From NCBI GenBank assembly GCA_038870975.1, contig JAVZJD010000002.1, forward strand, positions 5,922 through 69,921: a stretch of DNA of 64,000 bases. The letters run 5' to 3'. The notes beneath the pieces are model-generated. The model searched no databases. It worked only from the letters and a program-made list of their open reading frames with translations, and was not told the DNA's origin. Made by a program: the position numbers and the translations under genes. Of this stretch, positions 38,354-48,290 are shown in pieces (the stretch's first letter is position 1; each line of letters opens with the position of its first letter). The stretch is from Candidatus Bathyarchaeia archaeon. Lineage in GTDB: Archaea; Thermoproteota; CALKCG01; B24.

Positions 38354-39289
38354 GTGGATGCTTTCAAGCTGAATAAGAGGTTAGGAAGAGGGGTTAACAT
38401 ACTCGGCTACGACCCGGTATGGAGGTCTAAGGATAGGGCACGTATGAAGGATGAGCATTTCAAACTCATAAGCGGTGCTGGCTTTAACAGTGTACGTATC
38501 GCACTCCACCCCCTCCGGGATGAAGCTATGAGTGAAGAATTTAAGCTTTCGAATAAGTGGTTGGAAGTTTTAGACTGGGCTATTGAACAATCCCTCAATA
38601 ATGGTCTTGCGGCTATACTCGACTTTCACGAGTTTATAGCTATGGGTAAAGCTCCGCTAGAGAATAAGGATAAGTTCCTCTCCTTCTGGAAGCAGGTCGG
38701 TGAACGATACCGCGATTATCCAGATGAGGTTCTCTTTGAACTACTCAATGAACCGAACAGCAAATTGACACCAGAATTGTGGAATACCTTCCTTAAAGAA
38801 GCCCTCCAGCTGATCCGAGAGAGAAACCCCGAGAGAACCGTTATCATAGGACCCGCATACTGGAACAACATCAACCTTCTAGATAAGCTGACCCTTCCAG
38901 AAGACGATAGAAACATCATAGTAACCGTCCACTACTACGAGCCGATGGACTTTACACATCAAGGCGCTAAATGGGCTGGACGGGAAAACAAAATCGGCGT
39001 AGAGTGGAGGGGAACGGATGAAGAGAAGAAAGCAATTATAAACTCTTTCAATAGAGCTCAGTCATGGGCGAAGGAACATAATAGGCCGATATTCCTCGGA
39101 GAATTCGGAGTCTACGATAAAGCTCCAATGGAATCTAGAGTCCGATACTTAAGCTTCATCGCTAGACTTGCGGAAAGCATGGGCTGGAGCTGGGCCTACT
39201 GGCAGTTCGACAGCGACTTCATATTGTACGATATACCGAACAATAGGTGGATAGAACCAGTATTAAACGCTCTAATTCCAAGAGGATAG
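38354..39289 (+). CDS. GH5 endoglucanase/cellulase-like glycoside hydrolase without a signal peptide
   Basis: GRGVNILG, acid/base LLNEPN and nucleophile context IFLGEFGV. An in-frame TAG directly precedes the GTG start, so no leader is encoded. Confidence 0.75.
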   Translation: MDAFKLNKRLGRGVNILGYDPVWRSKDRARMKDEHFKLISGAGFNSVRIALHPLRDEAMSEEFKLSNKWLEVLDWAIEQSLNNGLAAILDFHEFIAMGKAPLENKDKFLSFWKQVGERYRDYPDEVLFELLNEPNSKLTPELWNTFLKEALQLIRERNPERTVIIGPAYWNNINLLDKLTLPEDDRNIIVTVHYYEPMDFTHQGAKWAGRENKIGVEWRGTDEEKKAIINSFNRAQSWAKEHNRPIFLGEFGVYDKAPMESRVRYLSFIARLAESMGWSWAYWQFDSDFILYDIPNNRWIEPVLNALIPRG

Positions 39290-39493
39290 CAATACCAGGT
39301 GAAATAACCACGAGGGGAAAAAGAGCACCAACAGATGGAGAAAGCAGTCTTTATGCCTCTCCCCTGCGAGTCGGTGAAGCTCACTTAACACTATTACTCC
39401 TCCAATAAGATTCCCCATGACCATAGTTTTTGGAAAACGTTGAGAAAATTCTTAAAAGTCAACGTGGATGATGTAATTTGAGAGGTTTTAAAG

Positions 39494-40150
39494 ATGATAC
39501 GTGAAGACCATAGGAGACGTTTAACCGAAGAGTTTAAAAAGAAGTTGGAAAAACCCATTAGGCTCATCGTGTTCACGCAGGAAGTTGAATGTCCATTCTG
39601 TGCTCAAACAAGAAGCCTAATTGAAGAACTAGGCTCTCTGAGCGATAAAATAACCGTTGAAGTATACGACTTCATTAAAGACTCTAAAAAAGCTGAAGAA
39701 TATGCAGTTGATAAGGTCCCAGCAGTAGCTATAGTTGGGGAAAAAGACTACGGTTTAAGATTCTACGGCCTACCATATGGATACGAGTTTCAAACACTCC
39801 TAGAGGCTTTATCCTATGTCTCAACGGGTAGGACAAACCTCTCAGAAGAATCTAAGAGGAAGCTGAAGACCTTGAAAACAACAGTCCACATTCAAGTCTT
39901 CGTAACATTGACATGTCCCTACTGTCCATCTGTTGCAAGTCTAGCCTATAGATGCGCTGTGGAGAGCGACATGGTGAAAGCCGAAGTAGTAGATGTAAGC
40001 GAATTCCCACACCTCGCCTACAAATACGCGGTCATGGGCGTCCCCAAGACCATTATAAACGATAAAGTTGAATTCGTCGGAGCAGTACCAGAGAAACTAT
40101 TCATAGACTACATTATGCTCGCCATAGGTAGCCCAGGATACATCCTCTAA
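39494..40150 (+). CDS. protein disulfide oxidoreductase (PDO, two thioredoxin folds)
   Basis: Two CxxC sites (CPFC and CPYC) in tandem thioredoxin-fold halves. The ~220 aa size matches hyperthermophile PDOs. Confidence 0.8.
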   Translation: MIREDHRRRLTEEFKKKLEKPIRLIVFTQEVECPFCAQTRSLIEELGSLSDKITVEVYDFIKDSKKAEEYAVDKVPAVAIVGEKDYGLRFYGLPYGYEFQTLLEALSYVSTGRTNLSEESKRKLKTLKTTVHIQVFVTLTCPYCPSVASLAYRCAVESDMVKAEVVDVSEFPHLAYKYAVMGVPKTIINDKVEFVGAVPEKLFIDYIMLAIGSPGYIL

Positions 40151-40168
40151 AACGCCTACGGTGCAAGA

Positions 40169-40972
40169 TTGACCAGTAGAAGAGAACCCTTAAAACTAGT
40201 ATTCATATACAGCGGTGAATTCGCAGAACGAGTCATAAGAAACCTCATAAACGACCCAAGCTTCTGTAAATCCTGCGGATTATACTGCAACTCCTGCAAA
40301 TACGGCTTATACAGCCATGTTCAGAACATACTAGCCGCGGTAAAGCTTCCAAACCCCTCAGACCTACCAGCGTTCATAGATAAGCCCGAGGAGTATATGC
40401 CTAAATCAACCCCTAAAGCCGACATATGCGTAGCATCAGGCCTACATAAAGACCTACTGCTAGAACTACCACGTCACCTCAAAAAGACGGGTGTAAAAGC
40501 TTTAGTAGTTCCAGTGGAAGACTTCAATGAAGTACCAGCAGGCTTAAAGAGGCAAGTTGAAGAATACTGCTTAGAACTAGGCTTGGAAACGGCATTTCCC
40601 AAGCCTTTCTGCTCTTTAGAGCCCTCAGAAGATAAACCTCTAATCTCAAGATTCGTTGAAGAGCTTGGCGTAGGTAGACCAAAGCTTGAGATATCCCTGG
40701 CCAGAAGAAGCGGGTATGAAATCATAGAGTATGCAATTGTCAAACGTAGTGCGCCGTGCGGCTCTACATGGTACGTAGCGAAAAAATTAACAAACGTTGA
40801 AACTAAGAGGGAAATCTTATACGACGCCATAGCTAGAGCCCACCACAGCTACCCATGCACGGCAACAATGAACATAGACCCGGAAGCAAAAGAACCTATA
40901 CTGCACTTAGGAGGCTACATAATAAGAGAAGAAGTTGAGAAAGCAATTGAGGGTGCTCTCCTCAGAACTTAA
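40169..40972 (+). CDS. DUF166-family Cys-rich protein
   Basis: The CKSCGLYCNSCKYG cluster and overall layout recall DUF166. This is a call from memory. Confidence 0.5.
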   Translation: MTSRREPLKLVFIYSGEFAERVIRNLINDPSFCKSCGLYCNSCKYGLYSHVQNILAAVKLPNPSDLPAFIDKPEEYMPKSTPKADICVASGLHKDLLLELPRHLKKTGVKALVVPVEDFNEVPAGLKRQVEEYCLELGLETAFPKPFCSLEPSEDKPLISRFVEELGVGRPKLEISLARRSGYEIIEYAIVKRSAPCGSTWYVAKKLTNVETKREILYDAIARAHHSYPCTATMNIDPEAKEPILHLGGYIIREEVEKAIEGALLRT

Positions 40973-41064
40973 TCTGATAGAGTAAAGGAAGTAACACATC
41001 AACCATTTTAAACGAAATATCCAGTAGATGGACCCGCTCTTAGCCTCTAAACAATAGCCCTATA

Positions 41065-41982
41065 CTATACCTTAATTTTAGAAAGGTATCTAAAAGCCGA
41101 TAAAGCCGCTTTACATCCTTCTCCAGCTGCAACCACTATCTGCTTCTCCGGTACGTTTGTAACATCACCCGCTGCGAAAAGCCCTGGAAAACTAGTTTCA
41201 CATGCACAATTCACAACTATCTCACCCCACTGATTTTTCAATACAAAATCGACTATCTCCGAGTTCGGAGTAGAGCCTACTTCAATAAAAACCCCTTGAA
41301 CTGGTAGGAAAAACTCCCTACCATCTTTCAACACTTTCATACCTTTAACCGTTTTATCTCCGGTTATTTCTAAGACGCGGGTGCTAGTCCATATACTAAC
41401 TTTATCTGAAGCCTCAGCTTTCTCAACAAGTATTGGATCAGCTTTAAGCTTAGGCATAACTTCTATAAGATATACGTTGCTTGCAATCTTCATCAACTGT
41501 AAAACCGCTTCTAAACCTGAATTCCCCCCACCGACAACAGCCACATCCATTCCCTTAAACAATGGTCCATCGCAAGTAGCACAGTAGGAAACGCCTCTAT
41601 TCTTGAAATCCCTTTCACCTGGAACGTTGAGCTCTTTAGCTCTTCTACCGGTTGCAATTATAACAGTTCTACCGAGATAAGTGGCATTATCTGTAATCAC
41701 GTTAAAAAGCCCATTTTGAACGGCAACTTTACGAACCTCCTCTATTTTAAAGTCGAAGCTATACTGCGTTAAATGCTCATAGAACTTAGCAGCCAATTCT
41801 TCACCTGTAATATACTGAAAACCAGTATAATTCTCGATAGTCGACGAAAACGTAACTTGACCACCCAGATTAACCGTAAGCACTAGAAAATCCATCCTTT
41901 TCCGAGCGGCGTAAATAGCCGCCGTTATTCCAGCGGGACCAGCACCCACGATTATCAAATCGTAAATATGTTCTGAACTCAT
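41065..41982 (-). CDS. trxB: thioredoxin reductase
   Basis: FAD motif IIVGAGPAGITAA, redox-active CATCDG, NAD(P)H motif VVGGGNSGLEA and GDV near the C-terminus. Confidence 0.85.
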   Translation of the reverse strand: MSSEHIYDLIIVGAGPAGITAAIYAARKRMDFLVLTVNLGGQVTFSSTIENYTGFQYITGEELAAKFYEHLTQYSFDFKIEEVRKVAVQNGLFNVITDNATYLGRTVIIATGRRAKELNVPGERDFKNRGVSYCATCDGPLFKGMDVAVVGGGNSGLEAVLQLMKIASNVYLIEVMPKLKADPILVEKAEASDKVSIWTSTRVLEITGDKTVKGMKVLKDGREFFLPVQGVFIEVGSTPNSEIVDFVLKNQWGEIVVNCACETSFPGLFAAGDVTNVPEKQIVVAAGEGCKAALSAFRYLSKIKV

Positions 41983-42170
41983 TCAAGAGTTTCTACGGAT
42001 TATCCTCCTAAATATTTTTCTACGTTATACTGCTATCTCCACGTAACTATAACAAATAGGGGTAAGCATAAGAAACATACAATCACTAAACGCATCATCA
42101 TACAGACTAGAATACCGTCAGAGTTAAATACTTAGAGAATTTTTAAAATCATTATGGGAGGCGTTTTCCT

Positions 42171-42503
42171 ATGGTTAAAAAGATGATCTACATAGGTAAT
42201 GCGAAGAAAATACCAGTTGGAGAAGCTAGAAAATTCCTCTATCCAGTTGGTGATGAAAAAGGCACTGAGAGACCAGGTTTACTCATACATCTTGAAGATG
42301 GATTCGTAGCTTACGATGGATTATGTACGCATATGCAGGCTGAAGTCGAATGGAACCAATATACTGGAAAAATTTGGTGCACACTGCACGATGGCATGTA
42401 CGACCCGAAAACCGGAAGACCATTCATGGGGATGCCTAAAGAACCATTAAAGAAAATAGAGTTAAAGATCGAAGAAAACGGTGAAATTTTCGCTCTAATA
42501 TAA
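42171..42503 (+). CDS. small Rieske [2Fe-2S] domain protein
   Basis: CTHMQ (CxH) and CTLHDG (CxxH) motifs at Rieske spacing. Confidence 0.7.
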   Translation: MVKKMIYIGNAKKIPVGEARKFLYPVGDEKGTERPGLLIHLEDGFVAYDGLCTHMQAEVEWNQYTGKIWCTLHDGMYDPKTGRPFMGMPKEPLKKIELKIEENGEIFALI

Positions 42504-42533
42504 CACGTTAAAAACATTTCCCCATTTTCTCTT

Positions 42534-42953
42534 TTAAACCCTACATACAGTTTGAATATCCCCCTTTCTAAGCCTTTCAACAAGGTTTAATACTCTATCT
42601 TTTATCAAATTCCTCACCTTTCTCGCTTCTTCCAACGGCATTCCCGCGGGGTCTGGAATATCCCACTCTTCAACATACTTGGTGTAAACCACTGGGCATA
42701 AAGAGCCACTGCATACGATTACAGCCATGTAGGCATTTTCCTGAAGCTCTCTAGTCATAAGTTGAGGCCTCTTACGGCTTATATCAATCCCCTCTTCAAG
42801 CATAAGCTTCACAGCATTCGGATGAACATTCTCAACCGGAGTTAAGCCTGCACTTACAGCCTTCCAATCCTCAGGTGCATATGTATTAAAATATGCTTCA
42901 GCGATCTGACTTCTAAAACTATTCTCAACGCAGACGAAAAGTACAGTCTTCAA
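42534..42953 (-). CDS. arsC: arsenate reductase of the LMW-PTP (thioredoxin-coupled) type
   Basis: P-loop VLFVCVENSFRSQIAEA (CX5R-S) with downstream Cys residues (VCSGSLCP). Confidence 0.75.
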   Translation of the reverse strand: MKTVLFVCVENSFRSQIAEAYFNTYAPEDWKAVSAGLTPVENVHPNAVKLMLEEGIDISRKRPQLMTRELQENAYMAVIVCSGSLCPVVYTKYVEEWDIPDPAGMPLEEARKVRNLIKDRVLNLVERLRKGDIQTVCRV

Positions 42954-43034
42954 TTATACCATCTCTCTAGTATTCAGCTTAGATTTAAACTTTTAAGGCT
43001 AAAAATAAAATAAATAAATATTTCAGGTGAGGTT

Positions 43035-43577
43035 ATGCCACCGCATTGCGATACTATGGATGGTCCAGTTGTTACAGCTGCTAAAAAGGCTTTGGAAACG
43101 GGAAACGTCAACCTTATCCTCCCTTGGGTGCCGAAGAAAGCTGAAGAGGAATTGAAGAAGGCTTTTGAAAAGACCCTTCAAGTGAGAAAACTGAGTAAAG
43201 AAGCAGCTGAACTTGCAGACTACTGGTTTTTTGAAACAGCCGTACGGTTGCATAGGGAAGGCGAAGGAGCCCCATATACTGGGCTTAAGCCAGCCGGGTT
43301 GGATTGGGGTTCTATTATACCGCGGGCGGATAAGGCAATTGAAAAAGGAAATCCAAAAGAAGTAGTAGATTTCATACTGCACACTGTTGAAGGGGAATTG
43401 CAGAGAAGGTTTAAACACGTCATGGAGAAGAAGAATTACGATGTGAATGATGTGGACGCTGCAAGAGATTATGTGCAAGCAATGCTTGGCTTTATCTTAT
43501 ATGCGCATCATCTATACGAGTACGTAAAGAGTGGAAAAGTATACAGTGAAGAAAGAATAGGTGGACACGTGCACTAG
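43035..43577 (+). CDS. conserved hypothetical protein (HCDTxDGPVV-type, DUF6448-like)
   Basis: The N-terminal MPPHCDTMDGPVVTAAKKALETGNVNLILPWV matches my recollection of DUF6448. The antisense ORF 43023-43478 looks like a shadow. Confidence 0.45.
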   Translation: MPPHCDTMDGPVVTAAKKALETGNVNLILPWVPKKAEEELKKAFEKTLQVRKLSKEAAELADYWFFETAVRLHREGEGAPYTGLKPAGLDWGSIIPRADKAIEKGNPKEVVDFILHTVEGELQRRFKHVMEKKNYDVNDVDAARDYVQAMLGFILYAHHLYEYVKSGKVYSEERIGGHVH

Positions 43578-43741
43578 CTGTGAGACAATAATGAAAGGAT
43601 GGCTAATAGAAAGCTGAAATTAAGCAAAATAAAAAGTGGGTTTATGACGATATTTATTTAGGATTGGTTCTCCTAGTTAGGGAAACCTTAGATCAAGCTG
43701 TTTTAACGGAATTAGCGAGGATTGGCAACTTTATCAGTTTG

Positions 43742-43757
43742 CCCGAATATATTCGGG
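43742..43757. promoter_or_regulatory. perfect 16-bp palindrome cccgaatatattcggg upstream of a TATA-like ttaattatatataa
   Basis: The palindrome lies 36-51 nt upstream of the ATG at 43793, with the AT box at 43764-43777 in between. Confidence 0.4.
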
Positions 43758-43792
43758 AAAGATTTAATTATATATAACTCTGTTATATCAAT

Positions 43793-44575
43793 ATGGTGAT
43801 TAAAATTGTAGGTAAAGAAGAGTTGAAAAAGATTCTCAGAGAGTTGAAGTCAGAGGAAGATTTAGCTAGAGTTGAAGAGGAAGCACGTCGGTTTTTACGA
43901 GATATAGACCCCGAAACATTATCCATTATTGAGCAAGAGCTCTTAGAGGAAGGCTTAAACTTCGAAGATTTAAGGAGGCTTTGCGAAATACACTTGAAAG
44001 CAATCACGATTAAAAGAGAAGAACCTGAAATTGGAGAAGAGCATCCAATAAGCATACTTAAGGCTGAACATGAAATCATATTGGACAACCTCAAGATATT
44101 AGAAGAGATAGTTAGTAAAGTAAAATCCGACATAGGCTTAGAGCAATTGAATGAAGAGTTTGAGAAACTAGAGCCAGTAGTAGCACTACTGCTTGAAGCT
44201 GAAAGTCACCATCAGAGGGAGGAGGAAGCACTATTCCCACGTTTAGAGAGGCAGGGAATTGCTGGACCGCCAAATATTATGAGGATAGAACATGAAGACT
44301 TAAGAGCTAAGAAGAAGACTCTTAAAAGACTTTTAGACGAGCGTGCCACATTAGACCGTAACTACTTAACTGACAATGTGTATGAGTTAGGCAATTATAT
44401 CGCTTCAACCCTAAGAGACCATATATACAAAGAAAACAACATACTCTATCCACTATCTCTAACAACAATACCTGAAAATGAGTGGCGTAAAATCAAAGAG
44501 GAATTTGACGTTATTGGATACTGTTGCTTTACCCCAGGAATTAAAGCCTTAGGAGAGCACCGCCATGAAGTATGA
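43793..44575 (+). CDS. DUF438 N-domain plus hemerythrin (HHE cation-binding) protein
   Basis: IIEQELLEEGLNFEDLRRLCEIH (DUF438-like), then HPISILKAEHE and ESHHQREEEALFP hemerythrin His/Glu motifs. Confidence 0.65.
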   Translation: MVIKIVGKEELKKILRELKSEEDLARVEEEARRFLRDIDPETLSIIEQELLEEGLNFEDLRRLCEIHLKAITIKREEPEIGEEHPISILKAEHEIILDNLKILEEIVSKVKSDIGLEQLNEEFEKLEPVVALLLEAESHHQREEEALFPRLERQGIAGPPNIMRIEHEDLRAKKKTLKRLLDERATLDRNYLTDNVYELGNYIASTLRDHIYKENNILYPLSLTTIPENEWRKIKEEFDVIGYCCFTPGIKALGEHRHEV

Positions 44576-44810
44576 AAAACAGTCTACTGTGGGCGATTAT
44601 CTAATTGGTGATGGAATATTCACCGTGAGTAAAGAGGGAAATAGGGTAATTATTAAACTATATGCATGGTCGAAAAGGAGAGGAAAAGAGATAATTCGTC
44701 TACTCGATAGTAGAAGCGACACAGAGATACACATACATGACAGAGGATACATCTACGGAGAGAATAGTGAAGATAGAGCTGAAATAGCACAATCCTTCGC
44801 CAATACATGA
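44565..44810 (+). CDS. hypothetical small protein (81 aa)
   Basis: The ORF overlaps the upstream hemerythrin gene by 11 nt, which suggests co-translation. No motif recognised. Confidence 0.4.
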   Translation: MKYEKQSTVGDYLIGDGIFTVSKEGNRVIIKLYAWSKRRGKEIIRLLDSRSDTEIHIHDRGYIYGENSEDRAEIAQSFANT

Positions 44811-44823
44811 AGCAAATAGTTTT

Positions 44824-45459
44824 TCACGAATATTCGAAGTAGTATTCTAAGAGCCGTCTTATCCCCCTCCTCATTCTCTCAGAAAGCGTTGAAGAGCTGA
44901 TTCCAAGCTTACGTGAAATATCCGATATAGTCGATTTTTTGGGATAATTGAAGAAACCCATTTCTAGAGCCATTCGTAAAGCCATCTCCTGCTTCTCAGT
45001 TAAGACTAAACCCCTCCCTCTAAATCTCTCCACTCCTAGTATTTTTGGCTCAAAACCAAGTTCCTCTAAAGTTGAAACTATATCTTGCACTATTCTTGTG
45101 TTGGGAGAAACAAATATGTAAACAAGCCTACTACTTTCCACACTCCACGCTGCCGTCAGAAAAGCACCCTTTGAAACAATAGTGTTACATACGTCGCATC
45201 CATCGGATTCAAACCATGCGATAGATTCCTTCCCTAACTTAATGCTACTCCGCATCTTCACATTACTACGTTTTAGAATATTAACGGATTGTTTTACCGG
45301 TATTCTCACTAGATGCCTAGTAATACCGCGCGGTAAACGCCTAATGTCAACCACTCTAAACTGGTGAATCCCTAAATCTTTAAATAGTTTCAATACTTTA
45401 CACCGTTCATTTGCTATTTCAATAGAAATACGGTAGGGTAATTTTTCTCTATAAGCCAT
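44824..45459 (-). CDS. HTH_10 (bacterio-opsin-activator-type HTH) transcriptional regulator
   Basis: The C-terminal LTEKQEMALRMALEMGFFNYPKKSTISDISRKLGISSSTLSERMRRGIRRL is the classic HTH_10 pattern. Confidence 0.7.
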   Translation of the reverse strand: MAYREKLPYRISIEIANERCKVLKLFKDLGIHQFRVVDIRRLPRGITRHLVRIPVKQSVNILKRSNVKMRSSIKLGKESIAWFESDGCDVCNTIVSKGAFLTAAWSVESSRLVYIFVSPNTRIVQDIVSTLEELGFEPKILGVERFRGRGLVLTEKQEMALRMALEMGFFNYPKKSTISDISRKLGISSSTLSERMRRGIRRLLEYYFEYS

Positions 45460-45593
45460 TTTTCAACCTCCCTCTAAATACTAACACCTCTTTCGATTTT
45501 CTTCACATCGTGCTTCTACTTAAAAAATAGGTGGATTAAAATTCTGAAGAAATGTTTACATACCAAATCCAGCATTTCTATAGGTGTCGTCAC

Positions 45594-46895
45594 ATGTCAA
45601 ACGCTATCGATAGAGGTAAGATTGAGGCTTTAAAGAGTATGTTGCTTAGTCTGCATAAGGGTGAATCTATAGAAGAGTTGAAGCGTAAGTTTAAGGGCGT
45701 CCTTGAAACTATTTCTCCCATTGAAATATCTCTGGTTGAGCAGGAGCTTGTTAGGGAAGGCGTATCCATCTCAGAGATACTTAGGCTATGTGATTTACAC
45801 GTAGAGCTCATCAGGGATACGTTACGCTCTAGTTTACTTATGGATGTGCCTAAAGGGCATCCCGTAAGCCTTATTTCTAGGGAAAATGAACATATTACTA
45901 AGCTTGCTGAAGCTTTAAACGTTTATGCTGGAGCTCTGAGTAAAGCCAGCTCAGGAGAAGCCGAAAGCCATCTAAAAGCTATCAGCAACATATTAGCCGA
46001 GCTGAGAAAATCTAGATTGCATTATAGAAAGATTCAGATGTTAATATTTCCATATCTTGAGAGGAGGGGTATAACAGCTATTCCAAGGGTTTTATGGGGC
46101 AGAGAAGACCAGATAATTGTTAAACTTAGGGAACTATCCACGCTTGTGGAGAAAGAGTTAACTCATCCTAAAGAATACCCCAATATAGCTGAAAAAGCAA
46201 TGGAGGTTTCTAGGGAGATATCTGACCTCATTTTCAGGGAGGAGAGGATTTTACTACCAGCAGTATGGATTCTTCTATCTGAGGGGGAGTGGGTGGCTAT
46301 ACATGAAGCCGCTAAAGATATAGGGTATCTAATACCCATCGACGTAGAGTGGGCATCTAGAGCTAAGCCACTACTACCGTATGAAGTTAACGGGGTCGTT
46401 ACACGAGAGCAGGTTGAAAGTCTTCCACAAGAGTTTAAATTCGCTGCTTTAGCCCCGGACACGTACGAAGTTAGGTCTGAAGAGGATCTAGAGTTTGAAA
46501 CAGGCTTCCTGAGTAAAGATGAAGTTGAAGCCATATTTAGGCATCTACCAATCGAGGTGACGTATGCCGATGTCAATGATAGGGTTACATTCTTCTCCCA
46601 AAGCATCTTTAGAAAGGGATTCGCTAGAACAAAAACAATTATCGGCAGGAGACTTGGATATTGCCATCCACCTAGACTTGAACATTTCGTTAAAAGCAAC
46701 GTTGACGATCTTAAAGCTGGAAAATCGGATTATAAGGAGTATTGGACTAAGCTTGGAGATAGAACAATTAGGGTCATCATAGCCGCAGTTAGAGATAAAG
46801 ATGGGAAGTATCTTGGGACTCTAGAGATTGTTGAAGACCTAACCGAAATAGTGAATAATCCAGATGAGATTAAGGGGAAGATAGTTACCCTATAA
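45594..46895 (+). CDS. DUF438 / hemerythrin / PAS-like sensor protein
   Basis: LVEQELVREGVSISEILRLCDLH (DUF438), a hemerythrin-like central part (HPVSLISRENEH) and a C-terminal PAS-like block (YCHPPRLEHFV...IRVIIAAVRDKDGKYLGTLEIVEDLTEI). The ORF-track start at 45552 is less likely than the ATG at 45594. Confidence 0.65.
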   Translation: MSNAIDRGKIEALKSMLLSLHKGESIEELKRKFKGVLETISPIEISLVEQELVREGVSISEILRLCDLHVELIRDTLRSSLLMDVPKGHPVSLISRENEHITKLAEALNVYAGALSKASSGEAESHLKAISNILAELRKSRLHYRKIQMLIFPYLERRGITAIPRVLWGREDQIIVKLRELSTLVEKELTHPKEYPNIAEKAMEVSREISDLIFREERILLPAVWILLSEGEWVAIHEAAKDIGYLIPIDVEWASRAKPLLPYEVNGVVTREQVESLPQEFKFAALAPDTYEVRSEEDLEFETGFLSKDEVEAIFRHLPIEVTYADVNDRVTFFSQSIFRKGFARTKTIIGRRLGYCHPPRLEHFVKSNVDDLKAGKSDYKEYWTKLGDRTIRVIIAAVRDKDGKYLGTLEIVEDLTEIVNNPDEIKGKIVTL

Positions 46896-47037
46896 ATACG
46901 ATCTCAGTATTTGGGTTTAGCCATAGGTATGCAATTCCACCCATCAAGAGGAAATCGTCAAAGTAGCTTATATAGGTAGGACTAACGCGGAGAGAAGCCA
47001 CCTAGAAAGGCCGTGAAATAAGGGAATTAAAAATCTT

Positions 47038-47217
47038 CTACTGGTAGTTGGTAGAGTCATACATTCGAACAGCATGACTTGTAATCTCTAAAGAACAGGA
47101 ATAATACTTAGAGCAGAACTCCTCACATTTTTCAGCCCAAGTCTCCTCTCTATAGGCGAGACTACACTCTTCACAAATGTATAAGGACTCACCTTTCCTC
47201 TCTACCCTCTTCACCAT
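47038..47217 (-). CDS. small Cys-rich protein (59 aa), not in the ORF track
   Basis: Translation: MVKRVERKGESLYICEECSLAYREETWAEKCEEFCSKYYSCSLEITSHAVRMYDSTNYQ. It has CxxC plus four more Cys and starts 23 nt after the ACR3 stop on the same strand. Confidence 0.45.
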   Translation of the reverse strand: MVKRVERKGESLYICEECSLAYREETWAEKCEEFCSKYYSCSLEITSHAVRMYDSTNYQ

Positions 47218-47240
47218 GATAGTTAGACGCCTCCTACCAA

Positions 47241-48263
47241 TTAAGAATCTACGCTAGAGAAATATTTTCTGGTTTTTAAGGCTATTTTCACGAATGTCAG
47301 CATAGACGGGACCTCCCATAATGGGCCGACTACTGTTGCTAAGGCTGCCTCTGAACTAGCACCGAAAACGACTGTAGCTGTTGCTATGGCAACCTCAAAT
47401 TGAGTACCTGAGCTTATAAAAGCGATGGTTGAGGCATCTTTATAATTGAATTTTAAGAGCCAAGGTATAATGTAGAAAAGGGAGGACATAATAAAGAAAT
47501 GTAGTAGCAATGGTATTGAAACCAAGCCTACTAAAAGAGGCTGATCAGCAATCGCTCCACCCTTTAAGGAGAAAAGCATTATAACAGTAATTAGTAAAGC
47601 TAGAGCCGCAGTATTCCCTATAAGTGGGCGAAATTTGTTATCAAACCACTCTTCCCCCTTTCTTGAGACGAGAATTTTTCGCGACATTTGCCCTGTAATT
47701 AATGGTAGACCGACAAACAGAATCACACTCTTTGTAATTAGTGTTATTGGAACTGGTATTCCTCCGATTCTGAGGTAGAAAGCTGCAAGAGGTGCATAAA
47801 GTATTAGAGTCGATAAAGCATTTATCGCGGTTATCACGATACCTTTAGCTACGTCGCCCTGCGCCAGTAGAATCCAGAATAAAACCATCCCGGTGCATGG
47901 CGCTATTCCAAGCAGAATAACACCAGACGCGTATCCTGGATAGCTACTTAAGAATAAGTGTGCCAGTAGAGCCATGAGCGCTGGGGCGACAGCCCAATTA
48001 CCTATTAACGTAAGGATTGTGGGTTTGGGAGACTTAGCAGCTTTCACTATCTCCTCAAACTTTATGTTCACCATTGTTGGATACATTAGGAGGAAGAGAC
48101 ATACCCCCATGGGAATCGATATATCCCAAACCTGAAGAGACCCAATCCATAAACCTAACTCTGGAAAGAACCTACCTAATAGAAAGCCGGCAATCATGCT
48201 AAGAACAACCCACAGCGTAAGGTATTTTTCAAATGAACCTAAAACTGTTCGACTTTCAGACAT
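47241..48263 (-). CDS. acr3: ACR3-family arsenite efflux permease
   Basis: FEKYLTLWVVLSMIAGFLLG start, LMYPTMVNIKFEE motif and about 10 TM segments. Confidence 0.8.
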   Translation of the reverse strand: MSESRTVLGSFEKYLTLWVVLSMIAGFLLGRFFPELGLWIGSLQVWDISIPMGVCLFLLMYPTMVNIKFEEIVKAAKSPKPTILTLIGNWAVAPALMALLAHLFLSSYPGYASGVILLGIAPCTGMVLFWILLAQGDVAKGIVITAINALSTLILYAPLAAFYLRIGGIPVPITLITKSVILFVGLPLITGQMSRKILVSRKGEEWFDNKFRPLIGNTAALALLITVIMLFSLKGGAIADQPLLVGLVSIPLLLHFFIMSSLFYIIPWLLKFNYKDASTIAFISSGTQFEVAIATATVVFGASSEAALATVVGPLWEVPSMLTFVKIALKTRKYFSSVDS

Positions 48264-48290
48264 GCTTGCCTCCTCTACTGACCATCCGTT

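Noticed and set aside
39468-39520. C/D-box-sRNA-like elements: ggatgatgt...agatgata here, and aatgatgg...ctga at 55540-55570.
   Set aside because: The box sequences are imperfect, the C-to-D' spacing does not fit the ~12-nt guide length, no terminal stem or complete C-D'-C'-D set exists, and both overlap start regions of ORFs.
43023-43478. A 151-aa minus-strand ORF overlapping the DUF6448-like gene.
   Set aside because: The plus-strand product has a recognisable conserved N-terminus (HCDTMDGPVV) and a sensible start context. The minus-strand product is Phe/Ser/Cys-rich with no motif.
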